Below, piece after piece: positions 53,804-64,000 of a DNA stretch of 64,000 nucleotides. Both the position numbers and the translations under genes were made by a program. Where the stretch lies: assembly GCA_030141605.1 (NCBI GenBank), contig JAQGDQ010000728.1, positions 1 to 64,000 on the forward strand, in the 5' to 3' direction. Source of the DNA: Tubiluchus corallicola (Eukaryota > Animalia > Priapulida). The notes under the pieces are model-generated. The model was not told the DNA's origin and made no database searches. It saw nothing but the letters and a program-made list of their open reading frames with translations. The stretch's first letter is position 1. Each line of letters begins with the position of its first letter.

Positions 53804-56800
53804 AGTTATTTTTGTCGCTGTCGTCATTGCCTCGTGATTCATTAAACATTATTTGTTTATAATAAATATTACAGACGATACGTGATGTAAGTGTGAAGGA
53901 AATCCATCACCACTACCTGCCTCATATAGCAAGATTCAAGCTGCGGATCTTCTAGGCCTGTTCTTATATTCTCTAAGATTAAAATCAAGGTAAAATTCCA
54001 TCTCGAACAATTTACTTACATCAGTTAAACTCCAGCCTTGATCAGCTGTTCCATATTTGCTGCGCACAACTGCAAATAAAACCAGAAAAATTATTTTAAA
54101 TACCTTCATAGGTTTCCACAAATTTCCACAAAAATTAGCACCAAAGGAACGAAACTGTATTGATACAATGTAAGCTCATTTCAGGTATTATTATCGACAA
54201 ATTTTAAATCATAATAATATCGATAAAAAGCTTAGATTGACTAGACATTTTTGTACCATAACTGTAAGGAGCACAATCTCCGGAAATGCTGCTGTTACAA
54301 CGTGCATCTATTACCGTCTCTCTTAAAGGTAAGAAAACAGGAATTTTAAACTATATATCAAAAAACTTTCTATACAAAGTTACATTGCTTAGCATTACGC
54401 TTGGCAGTTTAAAAGACTTGTGTTATTGAAGATAAAAACTCTTAATAATCTAATATATTCGTGCTGTTATGTAAAACGGTACTGCATCGCCATCCCAGTG
54501 TGCACCACTGATTCACCAAAAAAACGCATTGATTTTATTGACAATGTAAGGTCATGATTATTTATTGACTATGCGCACATATCTGAAATAACATGCTGTA
54601 TGCTAGCGTCTGCTGCTGGGTAGGAAAGCACTGTTTCTATCACAGTAATAATTGCCACGTGCTTACCGTGTACCATCATATTCTTGGATATGATAAAGCG
54701 TAAACTTAGCGTGTGTGCTTAAACAAAAATTATTTAATAATGGACGCTTTGCTTCGTAAAGAAATTAGTTCTGTGATTATAAGTGAACTACAACAGCTTA
54801 ATTTTTCACAGTTGTCTCTCCATGAGAAAGTTGCAGTTAAGAAAAGTGGCCGTTCAACACCCGATACTCAAATATAACTACAACATTAAAATTACATGTG
54901 TCTGTTACATTTTAAACAGTATTGAAGTAATGGCTAAAAATTTTCTGAAGCAGCACCCCCCCTAATTTTAGCTGCGAGCCGCCACTGACCTCCCCGTTCA
55001 GTGAAATTGTGTAACTTACCAAATACAAACAAACCTACTCTAAAGTGTTTATCAAGATTTTGAAGACTAGATAGAAATTTTATCGAATCTATAAAATTTA
55101 TTAAGAGTTTAAACATTCTTACCATGCCTTTGCGGTTTTGCTTTAAACACGTAACTTGAGTTGCAAATTCGTGTCCTGCAAATAGTTTTATGCTTTAGCG
55201 TAAAATTGTAGACGAAATTTTTATAAGTTTGTTTTATTACAACTATAACGTTCAATTACGTCAGTACTATACTAATCACGTCACGTAATCAAGAATTAAT
55301 TGAAAAACAGTCTGTGTTGTTGAAAATAACTAAAATTCATTAGTAAGACAAGGAAGCTTTCACAGCAAAACATGCGTTGCAGAAGTATTTGGTCTTCCAT
55401 GTCTATAACAGGCGATAACTAGTAAAAAAACACGTTAAATTGAAAATAATGTAAAAATAATGTAGCACAATTTTAAAGTAAAACCAGATCTAATCTTAAT
55501 TTACTTGTTAAAACAATCTACTCTTTAAAATATTGAAATAAAACATACTATTTTTTCAAAAATGAGTTACGTGAAAGAATTATTAACACAATTTTGCGTT
55601 CGCGCCACGAGTTCCTCACTGTTACATGCATTTCACCATTCGCTAGTTAGACTGGCAGTAGCACCTGCATTTCAGAAACGCATTGCAGAAAAACAGTTGC
55701 TGTACCTCTCAGTTCAGATGTGTCAGTTTGTGACGAAGTACCATGTTCGACAGCTCATCTGTGAGTACAGCGGTAAATTTGAAATTTGAATTTTTATCTT
55801 AAAACATGCCTAGTTTTAGTACAACGCACTGAATATCTTACAGTGGCACTTTGCTTCAATTTTCGCTTTCGCATACACGTGCAAGACGCTCATGGAATAT
55901 TTTTGATGTTGAAAATTAAGTTAGTTTGTGATGTCATCAATAGTTGGGCTCGCCAGCCGTTAATTAAGTTTTTAATCTATTATTTAATTATCAGAAACGC
56001 TTTTGCAGTATTAATTGTGTTAAAATGTATACTTTTTATCGGACTTGAAAATTGGGTAGTATACGATAAGTCATCTTGTCTTCCTTTACGAATACAAACT
56101 TCCATATTATACTGGATTAACGTATTTACCTGACGCAGACGAATATCAAGACGATTAGTAGGATTATGAACAAAGCTGCCAAAGCCACGCAACTGAATGT
56201 AATCACGTTATCAGGCTCAACCTCCAAGGTTATAATTTTGCCTAAAAAGACGAAGAAATTGAATAGGACAATTTATTTGTTTACTATGTTTGTCTGTAAG
56301 TCTGTTGCTCATGACAATAGTAATTTGCCCTGAAATGTTCTAAGTTGCCTATATTACAAATTTGTTCAATAGAAGTGCAAACTACATAATTGCGTAATAA
56401 TTGCGCATAATTGACTACATAATTGCGTAAAATTATGTAAGATATAAACTATCAAAATTTATTAAAAATCAAACTATTTACACTTATAGATCTACGTGTT
56501 TATGCCTGTATTTATATTTATACGTATTTTTATTCTATATAACATACAGAGTGTCAGCCTCGCTATACATAATCACAAGTAGGTGTAAACGCATTTTTTA
56601 ATACGTTAAGCATTATTATATTTTCTTTAGTTTGTTTGTAGGATCTGTAATAAGCCAATTTATTTTTATCGAATTTATGCAATTCGTTATAAGTGGGTAA
56701 AACGTTTAATAATCAGAAAGTTCTGTGGTGTTGACTCATATTTGCTGCGAAGTTTAGTAACTAAAGTTTAATTTACAGTTCTTTTTCAGCTTTTAAGAGT

Positions 56801-57734
56801 TATTTATTTCTTAACCAATCTATTTTCTTGCACAGGGAATCCAAGTGTAATCTGACTGCTTACATGTCATTCAGCTATCTGAAAGCTTTTGAAGTTAAAT
56901 GTTGTATGCTCTATATACAACATATATAAACGTTATATACAATAATATAATAATGTGTGATATCGTACTACATAATATGAAATCAGGCCTGTGATAATCA
57001 TATCGCGTGTCTTGCATAAAAGTTACAATACGGCAGTAAATTAACATTAGGATCAACTACACGAGAATCCAGAGCATTCCACGTGCATTAGAACTCTGTT
57101 AGCATATGAAAATTTTGAGGCGTTTAACATCGCAAAAGACATGAATAGTTTAAAGTTGTGACCACGCAAGTGATAGGTTGAAGCATACAGGAAAATAATC
57201 ATCAAAATGAAAACTCATCATTTTATTACAAATTTTGTATGCCATTTTAAGATAAGAGACAAAGCGTCTTAATTCGGGAGACTGCTATTTGAATTCAGAT
57301 AGCCTATCTAAGCAAGAAACATAATTAAACTGACACCATTAGTACAACCTACGGGAAAAATATCTCTGGGCTTTTTCTTTTTCTTTAGAAAATTACCAAC
57401 ATTGGTTCTAGAATATAGATAAATACCGTTGATACTAGTGAATGAATTAATCTAGGATGTAAGGTTTAGGCTTACCATGTTTAGGATGTTTATTGACAGG
57501 CACTGGTGGAAATTGTGGTTCGCTAGTACTTTTTTCTTGAGGAAGCTCATCAAAGTCCTCTTTATCGTCTCTTCTTTGCGCCTGAAGAACGTCTATAACA
57601 TCCGATTCGCGTGAGACATCGGGATATTTGAGATGATTTTTAACTTTGAATTTTTCAATGCTTCTGACGTGACAGCAAGCGCACCATAGGATGAAAATAG
57701 GAAATATTGTTTCTACGAAGCTTTGTAAGAGCAT
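52133..57734 (-). CDS. Predicted type I single-pass membrane protein (~540 aa) with short ectodomain and long acidic disordered cytoplasmic tail
   Basis: Exons 57734-57476 (signal peptide MLLQSFVETIFPIFILWCACCHVRS), [57407-57397, 57095-57061 tentative], 56192-56130 (TM CVALAALFIILLIVLIFVCV), 55175-55123, 54069-54020, 53284-52133 (383 aa terminal exon). All GT-AG and phase-consistent; no recognised domain. Confidence 0.7.
53390..53830. repeat. Compound (GTT)/(GCT)/(GTC) microsatellite in an intron
   Basis: Direct reading. Confidence 0.95.
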
Positions 57735-58911
57735 ATTTTTCTCCTTGCTTTCGAGTTTGTAGTAAAAGTTCTGCGCGCTTTTTGCTATGGTGCTTGGTTA
57801 CTAACAGCAACATTTATGAATTTTTCTGACGTCAGATAACAGATATGCAAAGAGTAGTGTAGTTACAGTAACTCCTGACAACAGTTAGATATCTCCATTA
57901 CCGCTTTAATCTATAAGGATTGATTTTCCATAGGCCTAGGAATACAGGGAGGAAATTTCACAAGAGGTTCATAAGTAATTTACCCTGAAACTTTTCTAAT
58001 TTGCCTATATTGTGAGTGATTTCAAAATAAGTGCAAAAAACGGACTACATCTGTCGCTTATTGCATCGAGTACGCGATTGTAGTATTATGTAATCCATTT
58101 AATTGTCAGTCTACTACACTAAAGTAGTGAATTAGTCTATGCTGCCATCTACAGTCGTTGTTTTACTCTAATTATACAAAGTTTGTTAGAGATTGATTTT
58201 TGTTTCTAAATATTATTTCGTTTTGCTTTGATAGATATTCATTAATCAGTGTAATTAGATTGTTAATTTCATGCTTTAATTCTGGTTTATATCTCTTATT
58301 CAAGTTTAAATAGAGAAAAATTATAACATTATAACACAGCTTTCTGTAAACCAATAATCTTTATTCTACTATCAAAGAAGCCAAGTAGACTTTGATTTTG
58401 GTTTGACTAGTAGTCTGTAGAGTATAGGTGACCTTTCCATTTATGGTCTGTATGCATGAATGTGATGTACCTTCCAATAGGAACTTGTATGTCTGGTCAT
58501 GTGATTACAGCTTTATTCTCTCATTCATGCAAGTTTCAGTTGATCGAGAGACAGCATTGAGAAAGGAAGGAAATTTTCTACTGTTAAATATCATATTGCT
58601 AACTTTATGACTGTTTGTTCAATCTTGTGATTGAGGTGAACATTGTCTACGTTTTCCAAAAAATGATTGCAAATTTCTACATCATCTTTATGTAAGGTAT
58701 GGAGTGAGAAAAGACATTAAGAAACAAAATATTTACACATATAGGTCTACATGCTTGTGCTTATTTATATTTTTATTCAATATAACATACAAAGAGTGTT
58801 AGAAAATGACAGCCTCGTTTTACATAAAAGTAAATACAGATATAAACGGTCAAACCAGTTTCTGTAGGCGCTTTTTACACAGTATTTTACAGGCGACTAC
58901 TAATACATTCT

Positions 58912-59405
58912 GTGAACTATGAACTATGAATTTTATTTCACACATCAAAAAATACAATATCAAACACATTAATAAATTTTAAATAAAATAATTTGAGTAG
59001 TGCGAGGTGAGTGTACGACCATACAGTCATTAACACACTCACCTTACTTAAATGAAAAAATGATCATAGTTATGCATTGCTTCTGTGGATAACTTAATGT
59101 AATAAGGATGAAGTAAATGATGTAATAATTTGAGTAGTGCGAGGTGAGTGTACGACCATACGGTCATTAACACACTCACCTTACTTAAATGAAAAAATGA
59201 TCATAGTTATGCATTGCTTCTGTGGATAACTTAATGTAAATAAGGATGAAGTAAATGATGTAATAATTTGAGTAGTGCGAGGTGAGTGTACGACCATACG
59301 GTCATTAACACACTCACCTTACTTAAATGAAAAAATGATTATAGTTATGAGTTGCTTCTGTGGATAACTTAATGTAAATAAGGATGAAGTAAATGATGTA
59401 ATAAT
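58912..59405 (-). repeat. 137 bp x3 near-perfect tandem repeat containing a stem-loop, next to a LINE-like 3' tail
   Basis: Units at 58991, 59128, 59265, each with aggtgagtgt-(gacc atac ggtc)-acactcacct. On - this is followed by AATAAA and (ATAGTTC)n. Confidence 0.85.
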
Positions 59406-60269
59406 AGCAATGGTATAAAAGCAATAAACCTGAAAGTTGAGAAAGGAAAACATAATATGTAATCACGACTTTGAGTGAGCCTTAAAGAGTGAAAATTTCT
59501 TTTTAAATAGTTACGAATATGAATTATGTGATTATCTGTCAATGTACCACTTACTTGTATTACAATGCACCATATTACTTACTTGTATATACAATGATAT
59601 GCATATACACATATATGTACCCAAATTTAAGTGGGGGAGAAGAGAGTGGGGTTTTAAGAACTAGTTTAGCTTTTCTTTCATGTTAAATATTATTATAACA
59701 AAATTTCTCATTATAACAGATGATATTATAGCAAAACGTTCTGCTCATTCGTTAAATCATGTCTTTCACAAAGCTTAAGTTCACATAATTTTTGTTCTAA
59801 TTTTTACATGTTTAAACTGTTCTAACTTTTAGTAACGTCTGTAAGAACTTTGTAATACTTGTAGCTAAATGCGATTATCCTGTCTTTTACAAATCCGAAT
59901 AAAGCCTTGCTTGTAGAAAAAGCCTATCAGTAACAAACTGCACAAATGTATTGCCTTATACAGCATTTGAATTGATTTGAATTGAATACGGAGCTTGGAG
60001 ATTTTATTTGATTACGTTAAAATATTGTGCACATTGTCATGTTAAGCAATATGACATTTACTTCAAGGCTCTTTTCACTGATTGTTGTCAGAAATGAAAA
60101 AGATTAACGACTGGAGAAAAAGAAATGAGTAATGACGTCATTCCCATTGAGAAACCAACTTGAATCGTAAGCTTGCCACTGTTCACTTCTGACAATCAGA
60201 GATGTGAATAACCTATAGTAAAACGAGTGTTGGTTCACTCAAATGCTCTTTACAATAGTTAGTTTAAAC

Positions 60270-60650
60270 ATGATTTATTATAGGATTGGATCAGACAGTT
60301 TGAACAACATGATTTAGGATCCTCACCATAACAGACTTTATACATTATTTGCAAGAACGTTTACAGTAAGAATAGACTATAACTGCACAAGCTGACACGT
60401 TTTACTACAAGATTACATTAGACATTAGTAGAAAATGACGGTTAGAAAATATTAATGTACGAATATTTAAGATGCATTTCATGTCAGGTAGAAACTACTG
60501 GAAGCGTTTAGTACGTAATATAAAGTCATGTATACATTGGAATATTTTACAGTTAGCAACATAGTTAAATTCATCTTTTCCGAATAATAACAACTCCAAC
60601 AGATCATTAGTTCCTAAGGCAGCTATATTAAGGTTTTCGGGCAGAAGTAT
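60270..60650 (-). mobile_element. Decayed CR1-group LINE C-terminus/3' UTR
   Basis: LLELLLFG...NCKIFQCIHDFILRTKRFQ* is the typical LLxG...N..IF..V..FI..TKRF ending. Confidence 0.6.
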
Positions 60651-61107
60651 TTCATTTACAATAGCTCCAGCCATTTTATCTATTTTTTTCGTTTCTTCTG
60701 CACAATGGAGGCAATCATCTCCTGACACCCTATAGCAATTGCAATAATCATAATATATAAAAGCAAGAAGTCCAAATTATAATAACTTTTTAAAATATCA
60801 CTAGTCTAACAAGACGCAGGTTAGAATTTTCACTGAACAGACATGCAAATACTTTCACAACACTTTTTCTAACGTTTCAGAAATTGAATTCTGAAAGAAA
60901 TACTGGTGACGGTTTATGTTTTCCTTTTGTAGACTTGTTAGTAACTTTGCCAGCAAATTGATGAGCATTTACTTAATTAGTGTAAAAAAAGACTTATGAG
61001 GTTTAGTGAACTAAAACTGAGAGCAGGCACTATCATAATTTTACAAATATTAAAAGTTGAAAACAATTCGTCGTACAAGAAACATTTTAATTGCAGCCAG
61101 TAAAAAG

Positions 61108-61490
61108 TAGCTAGTGAGCAATCTCTACCAGAAATCGAATTCAAATCGAATCGAATTTGTGACTTTCGAATTCGAATTGAATTTGAAGCATTTTCGAACC
61201 CTCAGTAAAAAACATTTTACAAAGATCTTACATAGACCCTATTACTCGATTTTGCTCTGCAATAAAACCACCGATAATTAGTTTAAAAATTGCGCACAGA
61301 GGTCGCTACCAAATTGCGCCAATTGCGTGATGTTTAAAACGTTTTAATGTTCAAGAACATATGTGGTTGAAGTACTGAATTATTCGAATCTATAATTTTA
61401 GGTTCAAAATAAAAAAAAGCTCGTTCAAATCGAAATTGAACGTTCGAATTCGATTCGAACGTGAACTCGAACGTTCGATGCTCACCTCTA
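61108..61490 (-). mobile_element. hAT-type MITE with TTCGAA subterminal repeats and 8 bp TSD
   Basis: TSD gtaaaaag at 61100-61107 and 61491-61498; imperfect TIR TAG(A/C)..GTGAGCA. Confidence 0.85.
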
Positions 61491-63647
61491 GTAAAAAGAA
61501 GCAGGCCTAATGAAGCACAGAAGCAATTTTTAAATATTGAAATCTTCAATTTTTAAAATTTAAAACAATTATTTTCCCCGGAAATATACAAATCATTTGC
61601 CCTAGAAGGTCAGCCCTCCGCTTCGACCGTACACCTATGCTTGGGAAACATGTAACATGTCTAGCAGGGAAGGCAATGTTATACCAAACATAATTGCTAA
61701 TTAATTATCATAGCCTTAGTGTCAGTATTATTAGTAATGATGTAACAAACCCAAGATTAAAAAAGTTTTGATACCAAAGTGGAAAGACAGAAGTGTGAAA
61801 AGACAATGACGACACAGTTCTTCTTCACTAAGCGGGCAGGTGTAAAAAGCTCGAAGTGTAAAAAAACACCAAACACAGAAAAAATCACAACGAATATTTA
61901 AAAAAAAATTCTCGAATTAATGTGTTTACCAGTTCTAGTAATTCGTTTTCTTCTCTGATATTTCTCTTCTCTGTCTTTTCTTGCTCTTAGTTCTAACTTG
62001 CACTTTTTCTTCTTTTCCTTGCTTTTTCTACGATTTTTTATTCGTTGTTTATAGCTTTAGTTGCTGCACAGCGTGCCTGTGACAAGTGTTTGTGGTGTGT
62101 TAGCAAATTGCGTGACATGGCCATCTATTATGTGCTCAGTAGGACTGAAGGTAACAGCGTTTTTCTCTGATAATAAGTGGGTTCGGCATCTCTAGTGACA
62201 CAAGCTGGGTACGCAAATATAATTAGTTTTTATATCTCGGTATTTAGGTGAAGGATAATTGTGCTAATATTTGTAATTGCCAGGATGACCTAGATCGTAT
62301 ACGTCGACAAATGAGTTGTATTGTTTATTGCTGCCTGCAAAACAACACTGTAAAATACAACACACGTGCTTATTGTTTCTATAGGCATTAATAAATGAAA
62401 CATTGTGCGATATGCTCATAGAACGCGTTGAAAAAACAGAACAATGAAATACAATACAATGACCAAACTGCCATTATCTTATTTCATAAAGCTCCTTCAG
62501 AACTGCACCACCATTCAAAATAGGTCTTATAAGACTTCTTTTTTTTTGCTACTGTGTGAGCACAGACATAACTAAATGATTACAAGCTAGGTACTGTTAT
62601 ATTCAGGAGAGTCTCGGTTATCTAATCATGCTATTAGTTTAAACATTTATAAGTGGTTTAACTGGATAAAGCTTAGAAAAATGTACCCCTTTCAGGCACT
62701 CCTACTTGGACTATTGATTATCTTAATCTGGTGTACACTTGCGTGATCGTACACACTAATTTAGTGATTGCCTGCTTGCTACAGCCCAAGAGAACTGTCT
62801 GTTGTTCCAGGAAAGACCCACCGATCAGCCAAGGACAAATTAAGATCGTTTCGTCTTTTAAAAGAAATTTCTGTGTAAAAGTAGAGTACATTTGAAGCCA
62901 AAGTGTATCAGAGTGTTGTGTCTGGACGGTTGAAATTTTCTGCGTTAACCGTTTCACACAAGTGATTGCTGTACACTGTTAAACTGCTCTTACGAAGTTT
63001 TTTCTATTTTTTCCGTCAAAAGTCAGTTTTTAACTTGTCTAAGGTAAACAGATGCATTTCGTATATAATTTTGCACGAAAATCCATTATGTCAGGAGTAG
63101 AAACCTACAAAAATTATGAAATATAACGTAATCGTTGCTTAGTGAAAGCAGTTTTTCCATGAACACATGCAAAATGCAGCAAATGTTTACGGTCCTGAAG
63201 GAATAACACAATTCTTATACACGGCCGTATTACCCAGTAGGCTAGATTAAGTTGCAGCTGAGGGCCCTCAAGTTTGGTCCTAGTGTATTTCCGTTCCAAA
63301 TAATTTTCAAATATAATTTTTTTAATTAGTAAAATATTTTAACATTGCTCAATAATTCATTTAAATTTAAAAAATTCAACTTTAAAAAAGGACGCACAGG
63401 CGTCTGAAAACACAATTTTTAAAGTGCTCTTTATTTGAGATAAAGGGCGTTTTTGTTTGACGCCCCTTATTTGAAACAGGGGTCCGCCTGAAGCCCCTTG
63501 TTTGATCGCTAAAATATATCACGAGTAAAAATATTGAAGACGCGTACGGCGAGTTAGGGGAGGGTTCCGTCTGAGAGACGCTGTAAATTCATTAGCCTAT
63601 GGGGTCATCAAAAGGTGAGAGTCCGGCCCTTCTTACATAATGGTTAA

Positions 63648-64000
63648 TAGGGGTGAGCATCGAACGTTCGAGTTCGAACATTCGAATCCAAATCTACAGA
63701 TTCGAATAATTCAGCACTTCAATCACATACATGTTCCTGATCATTAAATCGATTGAAGCATCATGCAATTAGCATAATTTAGCAGTGATTTCTGCACACA
63801 ACTTTAAACAAGTTACTAGTCGTTCTATTGCAGAACAAAATCTAGTGATATGCATGATCTTTGTAAGACTAATTTTTACTGGTGGTTCGAAAATCGTTCA
63901 ATCTCAATTCGAATTCGGTTCGAATTCGAAACACTGAAGTTCGGTTCGATTCGAATTCGAAAGTCACAAATTCGGTTCGATTCGTATTCGCTTTCTGGTA
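63648..64000 (+). mobile_element. Second copy of the same hAT MITE, opposite orientation, runs off the window edge
   Basis: Begins taggggtgagcatcgaacgttcgagttc; colinear with the reverse complement of 61108-61490. Confidence 0.85.

Noticed and set aside
59140-59185. Hammerhead ribozyme in the 137 bp repeat
   Set aside because: The core CUGANGA and GAAA are not present (ttaatga / gtac).
61130-61480. Heat-shock element cluster
   Set aside because: Repeats are mostly TTCGAA without the nGAAnnTTCn spacing and are MITE subterminal motifs.
62718-63299. Minus-strand ORFs 62718-62957 and 63114-63299
   Set aside because: No recognisable motif or consistent splice chain.

Overview
AT-rich, intron-containing animal (invertebrate-like) genomic DNA, not prokaryotic. 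Four protein-coding loci can be assembled by hand. Two are tandem paralogs of a PDGF/VEGF-family (Pvf) growth factor on + (16026-21744; 31728-37300) inside a segmental duplication (about 6025-25150 vs about 29874-37897). The other two, on -, are a secreted Thr/Asp-rich mucin-like + TSP1-repeat protein (47351 to 45006, 3' end not found) and a predicted type I single-pass membrane protein with a long disordered tail (57734 to 52133). Bases 1-10.4 kb and 26.6-30.7 kb are arrays of decayed non-LTR retrotransposon pieces from three related families. All lie on -, are bounded by long degenerate (GA)n/(TC)n tracts (except one direct family A-family C junction) and end in a shared stem-loop plus (TAA)n tail. 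Also present are a 5S-rRNA-derived SINE with TSD, solo-LTR-like inserts (one about 100 bp upstream of the Pvf copy 1 ATG), hAT and TA-flanked MITEs, a THAP stub, several mini/microsatellites and a telomere-like tract. The most notable signals are (i) the Pvf paralogs' exon-concentrated amino-acid divergence with reciprocal loss of a dimerisation cysteine, an exon and a furin site, and (ii) the TC-repeat-embedded LINE array with a conserved 3' hairpin. All gene models are manual splice-phase reconstructions without transcript evidence.
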